Part shown: positions 40,515 through 51,300 of the stretch, piece by piece | How the letters are laid out: each line of letters begins with the position of its first letter | Numbering within the stretch: the first letter of the stretch is position 1 | NCBI GenBank assembly: GCA_038243585.1 | Contig: JBBSQY010000012.1 | Coordinates: forward strand, 12,645-76,644 | Source of the DNA: Candidatus Sumerlaeales bacterium | Lineage (GTDB): Bacteria > Sumerlaeota > Sumerlaeia > Sumerlaeales > Sumerlaeaceae | Length of the DNA: 64,000 nucleotides | Direction of reading: 5' to 3' | Position numbers and translations under genes: made by a program | The notes under the pieces: generated by a model | Seen by the model: the letters and a program-made list of their open reading frames with translations, nothing else | Told to the model about the DNA's origin: nothing | The model's database searches: none

Positions 40515-43223
40515 TCAGTCCCTGTCCATGCTGCCCCGTGTCACGCCCAGTTTGCTTACTGCCTTTAGTTCTTTCCAGACCTGGCGGCCATCTTTTTCGC
40601 CTCTAATGGCGGGCAGGTAGGCGGTTATGGCTTTTGCAGTTTCGTCTGCTGTTTGCGCTATCAGTTCTATGCGGTATCGCCGGACGCCAGCGCCCAGCAG
40701 GCGATCCAGATATGCGCTGCCGCTTTGCGGAATGGCATTATAGACGGTGTTGCGGCACCCGGCGTCGGCCTTTACCGGGTGGTGGTACCCCAAGCGATCG
40801 CGTAATTCTATTTCATGACTTTCGCAGGGCCTGCCACAATTGGTAAAGTCTGTACCTTCGCTTAAAAACCGGCAAAACACGCAGTGCTCCATGTGAAACA
40901 TGGGCAATTGCTGATGGATTGTTACTTCGAACCATTCCGGATGGGAGTGGCCGAGCAAATCGCAGAGCTGATCAATGTTGAGATCATAGCTGGGCGTGAG
41001 GCGGGCGAAGCCGTTTTCCATAAGGAGGGCAGCGGTTAGATCATTGGATACGTTGAGGCTGTAATCCGCAAGCAATGGCAGGTTTGGCGTGGTGCGCAGA
41101 ATCTCCCATGCGGCCAGGCTACGGACAAGCACGGCGTCGGGCTGGGATTCCATGAGTTTTCGCACAAAGGGGGCTTCGCCCGGCTTTATGACACGAAGGG
41201 TCGCGGGGATGAATCGCTTCTGGCCGGGCGAAATGAGGGCGCGGGCTTCGCGGTGGAGGCGGATGTCCTCGAAGTCTGTATAGATGGTGTCGACGCCGGG
41301 GTGATCTATGGATGCGCGGACCTGGTCGAGGGTGCGGCAGAGGACGGAGAGGGATGCAGTGGCGGGGGTGGTTGCGGCGGAAGAAACCATCGGTTCAGTT
41401 GGTGTAGATTTGGAACCTGAGGTGACCTGATTGATCCTGGCGCTAATTTCGTCCCGGATTCGCACGTCCGACAGCGTGGGAACTGGCTCGCTGGACGCCG
41501 GGGCTCCGAGGGAGAGATTTTCAGGGCGGGTCCCGGTTCGGCGGTTGGTATTTCTTTCGGCGAGGGTTTGTAACAGCGCATCCACGGCCGTGCGGCGGAG
41601 CGCGTTCAAGCGACTCATGGGGACCATCAGGTCTCCCTGGAGATCGGCATCTATTTTTTCAAGGAAGAAAGGGGTGCCGCCGAGGCGGCCTATCTGATCT
41701 CGCAGGACTTGTTCAGTAAGCGGACGTGCCATAGCATATTCCGCTTGCTCGACATCTTCGACGAAAACGGATTCTCCCTGGGCGTGGGTGAGAGTCAAAC
41801 GCAGGGGCGCCCCAACCCGGCCCTGAACATGGGCATGGACCGGACGTCGAAAACGGGGGGCCTCTCCGGCAAAGGTTTCCGCGAGGCGCTTATCGAGGGC
41901 GGGGTCGCTTGTTTTCCAGACCCGATCGCCCGGGTTAATGCGGGAAAAATTTAAAGCACCGCGCCCAAAGCGGAGAATGGCATCCAGGGGACTATCTGGA
42001 GAGGTAATATTTGCCGTCTCAGAATTGGCTCGCCGAGGCGCCCGGGAAGAACTCTCGTGTTCTTCTATCTCGTAAACCCGCCCACCTTGCTCATCGCCGT
42101 CGGGGCGTCCGGCGTCAAAGACCACGCCATCGCCCGGTTTCAGAGGAGCGACCAGACGCATGGCGACACTATCACGAGAAACGTCCAGAACTTCGCCCAG
42201 GTAAAGACCGCGCTTCTTGGGGAATCGCCCCTCTACCACAGCCTGGTGATCTGTCGCGTGGAGGTATCCGCCGGTAAATCCCCGGCTGAAGGTCATCTCA
42301 AGCATCTCGCGGGTGTCCATGTCCATGACCGGATCGATGACCTCCCCGGCGGCACCCATCACTTCATCCACGGCCTTGCGGTAAGCCTGCACCGTCGCCG
42401 CAACGTACTCCGGGCTTTTAAGCCGTCCTTCGATTTTAAGGCTGACTATGCCGGCGCGGATAAGGGCACCGATATCTTCGTAGCCGGCGAGGTCTTTTGG
42501 CGACAATAGATAGCGCACATCGCCCAGATCCTGCTTTTGGTCATCGACGATCAAATCATAAGGAAGGCGGCATGCCTGGGCACACTCGCCCCGGTTGGCA
42601 CTGCGCCCGCCGAGGGCTTCGCTGGTGAGGCACTGACCGCTGTACGCCACGCAGATGGCCCCATGGACAAAAACCTCGATCTCTTTATCTGTGCCCCGGC
42701 GCATCGTGCGAAGTTCTTTCAGGCTGGTCTCTCGGGCGGCTACTACACGTTCCAGACGCAGCCCAAGGGCTTCGGCTCCGAGAATGGATTCGGCAGCGGT
42801 AAGGGTCATTTGCGTGCTGGCGTGGACAGGAAGGTCTGGGGCAATCTGCGCGCATAAATGCGCCAGCCCAAGATCCTGGACGAGCACTGCGTCTACCCCG
42901 GCGCGGCTGCAGGCCATGACCACCTGCGCGATAGCAGGCAGTTCCGATGCAAAAACCAGCGTGTTCAAGGTCACATAACCACGCACGCCTCGAGTGTGCA
43001 GCCAGGCCATGATCTCCGGCAATTCAGCGAGGGAGAAGTTTGCGGCGCGTATGCGGGCGTTGAATTCCTGCAGGCCAAAATATACGGCATCCGCTCCGTT
43101 TTCGATGGCAGCGCGCATCATTTCGCGGTTTCCAGCAGGGGCGAGGATTTCCGGGCGGGAAGCGGCTGGCAAAGGCTGATTTTCGGGAGATTGTTCCCGG
43201 GCAATTTCAAGGATATGGTTCAC
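40515..43223 (-). CDS. Peptidase U32-family Fe-S protein with DUF3656 (RlhA-like)
   Basis: PEILAPAG, HASTQ, EVFVHGAICVAYSGQC, RSANRGECAQACR and KIEGR motifs. Confidence 0.88.
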   Translation of the reverse strand: MNHILEIAREQSPENQPLPAASRPEILAPAGNREMMRAAIENGADAVYFGLQEFNARIRAANFSLAELPEIMAWLHTRGVRGYVTLNTLVFASELPAIAQVVMACSRAGVDAVLVQDLGLAHLCAQIAPDLPVHASTQMTLTAAESILGAEALGLRLERVVAARETSLKELRTMRRGTDKEIEVFVHGAICVAYSGQCLTSEALGGRSANRGECAQACRLPYDLIVDDQKQDLGDVRYLLSPKDLAGYEDIGALIRAGIVSLKIEGRLKSPEYVAATVQAYRKAVDEVMGAAGEVIDPVMDMDTREMLEMTFSRGFTGGYLHATDHQAVVEGRFPKKRGLYLGEVLDVSRDSVAMRLVAPLKPGDGVVFDAGRPDGDEQGGRVYEIEEHESSSRAPRRANSETANITSPDSPLDAILRFGRGALNFSRINPGDRVWKTSDPALDKRLAETFAGEAPRFRRPVHAHVQGRVGAPLRLTLTHAQGESVFVEDVEQAEYAMARPLTEQVLRDQIGRLGGTPFFLEKIDADLQGDLMVPMSRLNALRRTAVDALLQTLAERNTNRRTGTRPENLSLGAPASSEPVPTLSDVRIRDEISARINQVTSGSKSTPTEPMVSSAATTPATASLSVLCRTLDQVRASIDHPGVDTIYTDFEDIRLHREARALISPGQKRFIPATLRVIKPGEAPFVRKLMESQPDAVLVRSLAAWEILRTTPNLPLLADYSLNVSNDLTAALLMENGFARLTPSYDLNIDQLCDLLGHSHPEWFEVTIHQQLPMFHMEHCVFCRFLSEGTDFTNCGRPCESHEIELRDRLGYHHPVKADAGCRNTVYNAIPQSGSAYLDRLLGAGVRRYRIELIAQTADETAKAITAYLPAIRGEKDGRQVWKELKAVSKLGVTRGSMDRD

Positions 43224-43363
43224 AGGAAAAGGGACAGCGGGCGCGGGGAAGCATTCGGATTGGTTGGAGGTGTCTTTTACTGATGCGCGTTGATTAACCT
43301 TCGACGGAAACTATTTACGTAAATACGACTCTAACCGGTAGCACGGGCACTTTGCTATTTTTC

Positions 43364-43392
43364 TTGACGCGTGTATACGCGTTTATCATATT
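43364..43392 (+). promoter_or_regulatory. Putative sigma70 promoter TTGACG-N17-CATATT overlapping ACGCGT-N4-ACGCGT
   Basis: Consensus-like hexamers with 17-bp spacing, about 57 bp upstream of ATG 43449. Confidence 0.4.
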
Positions 43393-43448
43393 CGACATTA
43401 TGCGAGCTAAGTACCGCCCGTGATCATTTGCAGCAAAAAAGGGAGACC

Positions 43449-45032
43449 ATGTTTAAAGGCAAATCACACTTATTTTTTACTGTCGCAGCATTGGCATCAA
43501 TGACAGGAGCTTCATCGGTTTCAAATGCAACCGTGTTTACAGTTGACGGCACACCGTCTACTTACGTTACGCTTTCAGCGGCAGTAGCGGCGGCGCAAGC
43601 TGCGCCAGGCGGACCACACATAATCAACATAACGGCGGATTCGCTGCCTACACCAGATGGCGAAATAGTTATCACGCAGCCAATCACCATTAACGGCAAC
43701 GCTGACGGAGATGTTACCGGACCGGAAACAAAATGCGACATTCTGGTGGATATGGCGGCTATTAAGCTAGTTGGCACCAGCGCCGGCCAGGCGGAAAAGT
43801 GTTACATTGAAATCCAGACTGTCGGCGATGTTGTCATCAATGATCTCAGAATTCATCCCAATGCGGATGGTGGGACTGTTGCTGCGGAACAAGTCGATGG
43901 CGTGCGGATGTATCGTCCGGACGGCGGCACGGGAAACTATACGCTGAATCGTGTGTGGATTTCAGGCAGCGACGCAAATAACGCTTACGTGCCTCTCGAC
44001 ACCAGCGCTGACCTCTACAATTCAGGCGCAAAGCGCTGGGGCGGCGGCAGCAGCGCCTCCCGCGCGGTTGTTCAGCTGACGAGAGCGCCGGATACGGCGA
44101 CCGGCAATTATAATGCGACACTTAATAGTTGCCATGTGGGCCTCGGGCAATCCGCGGCTATCAACATTCCAAACGACGATGCCAACATAGCTATAAACTC
44201 CGGAGTATATGGCCATTCCGCCCGAGACGGCATTCGGGTATCCGCTACTGGCGGGGATATAACGCTGAAAGGAACGGCGACGGATCGGCTGCGAGTGGTT
44301 CGCTCTCCAGGAATCAGTGGGGGCAATTCCCATGGGGTAGAAGTTGCCGGAGGAAGCGTCTCACTTATAGAATATGTGGATATCGCCACGATTCAAACAG
44401 GTAATAATTTAAGTCTGACAGGGAGTACTAATGTCCAAATGGCACGGTTTGTTCGAGCTATGGGAAAAATCGCTGATACCGCGCCATCAACAAATCATCT
44501 TATTTTTATGGGTGCCGCCGCTTCAATGACAGCTGAGGATATTACGGTGCATGCAAACGGTACAGTTGGAACGGATATCAATCCGTTTCAGGGGACGGCG
44601 AATTCGGATGGAACGATCTCGTTCACAGACTCTATTTTCACAAGCGCCAATCTGGGCACCGTTGATTATCAAAATAGCGACGCGGTCGGCACATTGTCTT
44701 TTACCAACAGTGCTCTGCCTACAGATGGGGCTGTCGGTGAATCTCTTGCAACTCCGCCGATTATCGGAGCAGCCGCGGCAGCGGTTACACTGACCCCCAA
44801 CCCGCAGCTTGCTGTAAGCCCTAACTACCTGCTCACTCTCGCAAACTACGACTGGAGCGAAGCACAGGGGTCTCTTGATCCGCTAAATGGCCCAGGCAAC
44901 CGTAATGTGTATCGTCCGAATCCCACGAATATACCTTATGCTACAGCGGCTTCAGGCGGCGAGGCACTAACGGGTGGAGCTGGCCCTCTTCCAGCCGGTA
45001 TCGATGCATCTGAGTGGATGTTAATGCAGTAG
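43449..45032 (+). CDS. Secreted hypothetical protein (probable beta-helix), paralog 1
   Basis: GGGAG SD; signal peptide; YVTLSAAV...IVITQPITING pattern; ends GIDASEWMLMQ. Confidence 0.7.
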   Translation: MFKGKSHLFFTVAALASMTGASSVSNATVFTVDGTPSTYVTLSAAVAAAQAAPGGPHIINITADSLPTPDGEIVITQPITINGNADGDVTGPETKCDILVDMAAIKLVGTSAGQAEKCYIEIQTVGDVVINDLRIHPNADGGTVAAEQVDGVRMYRPDGGTGNYTLNRVWISGSDANNAYVPLDTSADLYNSGAKRWGGGSSASRAVVQLTRAPDTATGNYNATLNSCHVGLGQSAAINIPNDDANIAINSGVYGHSARDGIRVSATGGDITLKGTATDRLRVVRSPGISGGNSHGVEVAGGSVSLIEYVDIATIQTGNNLSLTGSTNVQMARFVRAMGKIADTAPSTNHLIFMGAAASMTAEDITVHANGTVGTDINPFQGTANSDGTISFTDSIFTSANLGTVDYQNSDAVGTLSFTNSALPTDGAVGESLATPPIIGAAAAAVTLTPNPQLAVSPNYLLTLANYDWSEAQGSLDPLNGPGNRNVYRPNPTNIPYATAASGGEALTGGAGPLPAGIDASEWMLMQ

Positions 45033-45052
45033 AATTATTGATGTAATTGTCA

Positions 45053-45092
45053 GGCAGGTGCGGTTTCCTTTAATAGAAGGAAGCCGCGCCGG
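45053..45092 (+). terminator. Intergenic stem-loop between the paralogs
   Basis: gtgcggtttcctt/aaggaagccgcgc inverted repeat; weak U tail. Confidence 0.4.
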
Positions 45093-45179
45093 CAACAGTT
45101 TAGCCGGTCAAACTGGTATTAAGTTTCCCTTTAACAAATTCTTAAATATAAATCCCATTAAAGAAATGAAAGAGCCCCA

Positions 45180-46745
45180 ATGTCAGGTTTCAAACTCCAA
45201 AATATTTTAAACACAGGTCTGGTGATGGGCTTTGCGGCGCTTGCCGCCTCGGCTGACGCTATGACGTTGAACATCAATGACGGAAGCACGTATACGCTTT
45301 CCGCGGCAGTGGCCGAAGTTTATGCGGCGGCAGATGGCCCAGACGTCATTAATCTTAACGTCGCTGCCCTCCTGACCCCCGACGGTCAGATTGTGCTGGA
45401 CAAGCCGATCACGATTAACGGCAACGCAAATAGCCGTCCCGCACCAGATTCCCACTGCGATATTCTTGCCGATCAGGGATCAATACAGCAGGAGACTACA
45501 GCTGACGCAGGCCAACTTGGTAAGGCTTACCTGGAAATCAGCGCTCCGGGCACAGTAACTATCAACAATTTGAAGATTCATCCGAGTGCGAACGGTAAAT
45601 TTGGCGCAGCTGCGAAAGTTGCCACGATTGTTGCGGGAATCCGTATGTGGAATCCAGTCGGAGCTACAGATGTGGGAAACTACAATCTGACCAATGTGCT
45701 TGTATCCGGTAGTGAAGCCAATAGCGGCAACGCGTTTATCCCTTTGGATTCAGGGGCCGACCTGTATAACGGAAGCAACAAAAAATGGGGCGGTTTTAAT
45801 GGCGCTCAGCATGTTAATGTCGTGCTTTACGGCACCATTCAAGCTGACAATGGTACCGGCGCAGGAATTTTCAATATTGTACTGGATCATTGTAACGCGG
45901 GCATCGGATTTGGCGGCGCAGTTAACATAAATTCCACTGGCGGCACAACTTTAATAAAAGGTGGAATCTATGGCCATAGTGGCCGGGACGGCATTCGCGT
46001 TGCGAGCACCAGCGTAACACTCCAGGGTACTCACGACGATCGTCTGCGCGTTGTTCGCAGCACGAACATCACCGCTGGGAATTCGCACGGCGTGGAAATC
46101 GCCGGTGAGGTTACGTTGATGGAGTATGTAGACAGCGCGAGTGTTCAGACCGCAAACGCGTTTAGTATCCAGGGAGGCACAAAACTTGACGTGATGCGTT
46201 TTTGTCGCGCATTGGGCAAGTTCGACGCCGGGGCCAATGAGGCGTTCTATGTCTCAGGAACCGATACAACTATTGGTGTCGTTGAAGATAGCACGTTTGT
46301 CGGGAGCGGCAGCAACTTTAATCCTATGAACGTCCCCGCCGGTGTCGCTGATCCATTCACGCTGACTAATAGTATTTTTACCAGTGAGAATAATGGTACC
46401 GTCATCATCGCATCGCCTGCGGCCATTGAATTTGTAAATTGTGCCCTGCCTACGGACGGGTTTGTTGCTGAGTCGCTAGCGAATCCGCCTTTTACCGGCG
46501 CGGGCACTCCAACTGCGGCCCCTGTGATTTCTCTCAGCCCAAACTACATGCTTAGACTTGCCGATTATGATTGGAGCGAGGCTCAGGGTGCGGGTAAGCC
46601 AGGCAATGCCGTTGGAAACGCCAATGTGCTGCGTCCGTCTAATCCTGCGTACCAGACGGCTTCATCCACCAGTGGCCCTCTTAACGGCGGCGCGGGTGCG
46701 CCTGCGGCAGGCATTGATCCATCTGAATGGATGTTGATGCAGTAA
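45180..46745 (+). CDS. Secreted hypothetical protein, paralog 2
   Basis: Collinear with paralog 1 (GHS.RDGIRV, DRLRVVRS, NSHGVE, ALPTDG, YDWSEAQG); ends GIDPSEWMLMQ. Confidence 0.7.
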   Translation: MSGFKLQNILNTGLVMGFAALAASADAMTLNINDGSTYTLSAAVAEVYAAADGPDVINLNVAALLTPDGQIVLDKPITINGNANSRPAPDSHCDILADQGSIQQETTADAGQLGKAYLEISAPGTVTINNLKIHPSANGKFGAAAKVATIVAGIRMWNPVGATDVGNYNLTNVLVSGSEANSGNAFIPLDSGADLYNGSNKKWGGFNGAQHVNVVLYGTIQADNGTGAGIFNIVLDHCNAGIGFGGAVNINSTGGTTLIKGGIYGHSGRDGIRVASTSVTLQGTHDDRLRVVRSTNITAGNSHGVEIAGEVTLMEYVDSASVQTANAFSIQGGTKLDVMRFCRALGKFDAGANEAFYVSGTDTTIGVVEDSTFVGSGSNFNPMNVPAGVADPFTLTNSIFTSENNGTVIIASPAAIEFVNCALPTDGFVAESLANPPFTGAGTPTAAPVISLSPNYMLRLADYDWSEAQGAGKPGNAVGNANVLRPSNPAYQTASSTSGPLNGGAGAPAAGIDPSEWMLMQ

Positions 46746-46770
46746 CCAGTACGCTCGAATTGTTATAATT

Positions 46771-46805
46771 AAAAAGCCGGCCCTTACTCGGGCCGGCTTT
46801 TTTTT
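46771..46805 (+). terminator. Rho-independent terminator
   Basis: gccggccc/gggccggc stem followed by T8. Confidence 0.85.
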
Positions 46806-46975
46806 GCTCCAGATAATCTACAGGTGCACCTTTTAGCCGCATATTCCTATGAAAAAAAGCAACAAATACCGCAGATTCTTTCGTTGGTGAATGTTTCGTA
46901 AATTAACATTACTCAGCTTGTCACGGAATTTGCCTGCAATTGTCCCGGTAAGCAACCTCATCTATTTCTTCCGCA

Positions 46976-48376
46976 TTGAGAGTATCCGTGGCTTTCTTCT
47001 TCTCCTGGGATTTTAATAATTCCGTCGTCGACTCCAGGCATTTTCGCCTGATGTTGCTTGCCGTATCTGGGCTCCTTTTGTTTTCTGGATGCAAAAGGGA
47101 ACAATCTGCCCGTCCGGCACCGCCGCCGGCTGAGGTCGAGGTTTACGTGGCGAAGGCGACAAGTGTACCGCTGACCTTCGAGTATATCGGGCAAACCGAA
47201 GCCAGCCAGGAGGTAGACGTGCGTGCCCGGGTGCAGGGAGTGGTATGGGAGCAGGGCTTCTCAGAGGGAACCTCTGTGACCGCAGGCCAGTTTCTGTATC
47301 GTATCGACCCGCGCCCATTTGAAGCTGATTTGCAGGTTGCCGATGCTCGGTCGTATCAAGCCAAGGTTGCCGTGCAGGCGGCTCAGCGCGACCTAAATCG
47401 AACCCGTTCTCTGACCGAGTCGGCAAGCATTGCCCGGGAGGAACTGGATGACGCTACCAGTCTTTACGAGACGTCTATGGCATCTTTGCGGCTGGCGGAT
47501 GCGCAATTGCTTAAAGCAAGGCTTGAACTGAGCTTTACGACGGTTACGGCACCGGTTGGCGGCAGGATTGGTTTAGCTCTAAAGAGAGTAGGCGATCTGG
47601 TAGATACCGGCGAAAACAGTCTACTGTGTCGGATCACAACCCAGGACCCCATGTACGTCAATTTTTCTATTAGTGAGAAAGACATGCTGGAGTATCGGAA
47701 CAACCTGAAGGCTGGACGGATTGAAGCTCCTCAAACCGAAGATTTCATAGTTGAAATCGGTCTTTTGGACAAAAGCACTTACCCCGAACGGGGACGTATT
47801 AACTTTTCTGATGTTACCATAGATCCTCGCACGGGCACGGGAACGCATCGGGCCGCGTTTCCAAACCCCGAGGGGCTGCTTCAGCCGGGCCAATATGTGG
47901 AAGTGCGCATCATCGGCGCTAACCGCACAAAAACAGTTATGGTTCCACAGGGCGCTGTGATGTTCGGAATGCAGGGAAGCTATGTTTATGTGGTCGGCGA
48001 TGACGATAAGGTAGAAATGAGACCGGTGACCGCGACAGACTGGGAAGGTCTTAATTGGATAATTGAAGAGGGTCTCGCTGCGGGAGAACAAATCATTATT
48101 TCAGGCATTAACAAGACGCAACCTGGCGCGGATGTCAGTGTGACCACGGTAACGACTGAACTTGATAAGGAAACTCCAGTTGCGGACAGCTCGAAGAGCC
48201 AAGGGATAACCCCCGCGGCGGACAGCTCGGCGAGCCGTCCCTACCCAAAAGACAGCAAGATGCCGGCCTCGCCGAGGGAAAAAGCTGAGGCTCAAGCCAG
48301 GGCGGCGGGAACAACGCAAACTGTGTCAGCCGAGACCTTGACAACCACCAAAAGTGCGTCGGCCGAGACGGAATAA
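46976..48376 (+). CDS. RND efflux periplasmic adaptor (lipoprotein, AcrA/MexA-like)
   Basis: LFSGC lipobox; VRARVQG, LYRIDP, VTAPVGGRIG and LQPGQYV; low-complexity C-terminal tail. Real start is probably ATG near 47051. Confidence 0.9.
   Translation: MRVSVAFFFSWDFNNSVVDSRHFRLMLLAVSGLLLFSGCKREQSARPAPPPAEVEVYVAKATSVPLTFEYIGQTEASQEVDVRARVQGVVWEQGFSEGTSVTAGQFLYRIDPRPFEADLQVADARSYQAKVAVQAAQRDLNRTRSLTESASIAREELDDATSLYETSMASLRLADAQLLKARLELSFTTVTAPVGGRIGLALKRVGDLVDTGENSLLCRITTQDPMYVNFSISEKDMLEYRNNLKAGRIEAPQTEDFIVEIGLLDKSTYPERGRINFSDVTIDPRTGTGTHRAAFPNPEGLLQPGQYVEVRIIGANRTKTVMVPQGAVMFGMQGSYVYVVGDDDKVEMRPVTATDWEGLNWIIEEGLAAGEQIIISGINKTQPGADVSVTTVTTELDKETPVADSSKSQGITPAADSSASRPYPKDSKMPASPREKAEAQARAAGTTQTVSAETLTTTKSASAETE
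48220..48245 (-). repeat. REP family A copy in frame in the RND adaptor tail (encodes DSSASRPY)
   Basis: GGACAGCTCGGCGAGCCGTCCCTACC, 1 mismatch; degenerate partial copy at 48184-48200. Confidence 0.85.
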
Positions 48377-48382
48377 TTACCC

Positions 48383-51300
48383 ATGTTCAGTAAGTTTTTT
48401 ATCGATCGACCAGTTTTCGCATCAGTACTTTCCATCATCATTACCCTGGCGGGATTGGTTGCTATCTGGAACTTGCCGATTGAGCAGTTTCCCGAGATCA
48501 CGCCGCCTACCGTTAGCGTAAGTGCCAACTACCCTGGCGCCAGCGCCGAAGTTGTCGCTCAGTCTCTGGCGGCGCCGATAGAACAGGAACTTAGCGGCGC
48601 TCAGCACATGCTCTACTTCCAGACACAGTGTGCGAACAACGGCTCGCTGAACATCACTGTCACTTTTGAAACGGGAACCAACATCGATCTGGCGGCGGTA
48701 GAAGTGCAAAACCGCGTAAAGAGAGCGGAGCCGCGCCTGCCGCAGGAATCCATTCGCCAGGGCATAGTCGTCACGAAGAAGAGCACCGCGATTTTGATGG
48801 TGGCCGCGCTTCAGTCTGAAGGTGAGCAGTATAACGAACTGTTTCTCAACAACTACGCAACCATCAGTGTGCTCGACAGTATAAAGCGGGTCCCTGGCGT
48901 GGGCGATGCAACCGTGTATGGGGCAAAAGATTATAGCATGCGGCTTTGGATCAATCCAGATCGTATGGCAAACCTTGGCATTACCACCACGGACATTGCA
49001 ACCGCCGTCAGTGAGCAGAACGGTCAGTTCGCGGCGGGAACGGTAGGCCAGGAGCCGAACAAGGACCCGGTTGTACTGACTTTCCCGGTTATTACCAGGG
49101 GACGGCTTGAAGAGCCTAAAGAGTTTGAAAATATTATTCTGCGCGCAAACCCGGACGGCAGCAAGGTCCTGATGAAGGATGTGGGCCGCGCGGAACTGGG
49201 CGCTCAGAGTTATGATTTGTTTGGCCGTCTGAACGGCAAGCCGACAACGCTGATGCCGATCTATCTCCAGCCGGGGGCGAATGCGTTAAATACCGCCAAG
49301 GCGGTGCAAGCGACACTGGATGAGCTGGCGAAAAGCTTTCCCAAATCTGTGTTTTACAAAATCCCCTACGATACCACCATCTTCGTTGACGCTTCTATTA
49401 ACGAGGTCATGCACACGTTTATGGAAGCCGTTGCGCTGGTGTTGCTGGTGGTGTTTATATTTCTTCAAAGCTGGCGGGCCACTATTATCCCGCTTGTTGC
49501 GGTTCCGGTGTCAATCATCGGCGCCTTTGCCGGAATGATCGCGCTGGGGTTTTCGATCAACACGCTTACCCTTTTCGGTCTTATCCTGGCGATCGGCATC
49601 GTGGTGGACGACGCGATTGTGGTGGTGGAAAACGTTGAGCGTATCATGGAGGAAGAACACCTGCCCGTGCGCGAAGCAACCATAAAGGCCATGGAAGAGG
49701 TTACTGGTCCTGTTGTCGCAATCGTGCTGGTGTTAAGCGCGGTGTTTGTTCCGGTCGCATTTCTTGGGGGGCTTACGGGGCAACTTTACAAACAGTTCGC
49801 CGTTACCATAGCCATATCTGTCGCCATATCGGGACTTGTTGCGCTTACACTGAGCCCGGCCCTTTGCCGCCTGTTACTTCGGCCGAGCCATAAAGCACGG
49901 CGGGGACCATTCAAGTGGTTCAACAGCGCTTTTGACTGGTTTACCAGGGCGTATGTGTGGACTACGCGTCAGTTCATCCGGTTTGCGTTTGTTTCCCTAT
50001 TGATTTTCGGTGCGTTGCTCTACGGCATTTTTCTTTTTTGGAATGCCACGCCCAGTGGATTTGTGCCGGAAGAAGATCAGGGCAGCTTTATCGTCGCAAT
50101 CCTCCTGCCGGACGGCGCTTCGCTGGACCGGACGGATATTCTAGCGAAAAAGGTTGAAAGTTTTTTGCTGAAGCAACCAGAGGTGGCCAATATCGTCACC
50201 CTTGGCGGACTTAATTTTCTGTCTGGCGGCACCAGTAATACCAATGCCTCGGCGTTTTACGTGGTACTGAAAGACTGGAAACTGCGGGAGGGCGAAAACA
50301 GCAATGTTAACGCTATCGTGGGGCGCGTTATGGGGAACTTTGGGAAAACTCCCGAAGGCATCGTGATGGCTTTTAATCCACCGCCGATCCGAGGGCTTGG
50401 TCTCCGCGCCGGCTTCGAAATGCAGCTTCAGGCCAAGGCTGGACAAAATGTGCGGGAACTGGCAGAGGTGTCGCAAAACTTTATCGCGGAACTTGGCAAG
50501 CAGCCTCAGATTCAGGCACCCAGCGGCACGCTGAGTGTGAAACTGCCGCAGCTTTATGTGGACCTGAATCGGGAAAAAGCCAAGTCTATGGGGATACCGA
50601 TCAATACGGTGTTTGCGACATTGCAGTCCTATTTTGGCGCGCTTTACGTGAACGATTTCAATAAGTATGGCCGGGTTTACCGCGTGCAGCTACAGGCGGA
50701 ACCGGAGTACCGCAGCAAGCCGGAGGATATCGGGAAGCTTTTCGTGAGAAGTGGCGCGGGCAATATGGTTCCGCTTAGCGAAATTGTAACAACCAGCTTT
50801 CGCGCCGGACCGAATGTCGTCAGCCGGTTTAACGGATTTACAAGCGTTCAGGTGACCGGTGCCGCGGGCAGCGGGTTCAGTTCCGGGGATGCAATGGCTG
50901 CGGCGAACAAGGTGGCGGAGAATCTGCCCCCTGGCTATGGCTACCAATACAGCGGGGTTTCCTACCAGGAAATCATTGCGGGAAACCAGGCGCCAATGGT
51001 GCTGGGTTTTGGGCTGCTGGTAGTGTTCCTGGTGCTTGCCGCCCAGTATGAGCGGTGGAGCCTGCCCTTTGCGGTTATGCTTGCGGTCCCAATGGGGATT
51101 TTCGGCGCACTGGTCGCTATTTACCTTCGGGAGATCAACCGGGACGTTTACTTCCAGATTGGGTTGCTTACGCTCGTTGGGCTGTCGGCCAAAAATGCGA
51201 TTCTCATCGTCGAATTCTGCGTGGTGCTTCGAGAGAGTGGCAAGGGCGTGATTGAGTCAGCCATGGAAGCGGCACGCCTTCGGTTCCGTCCGATTCTGAT

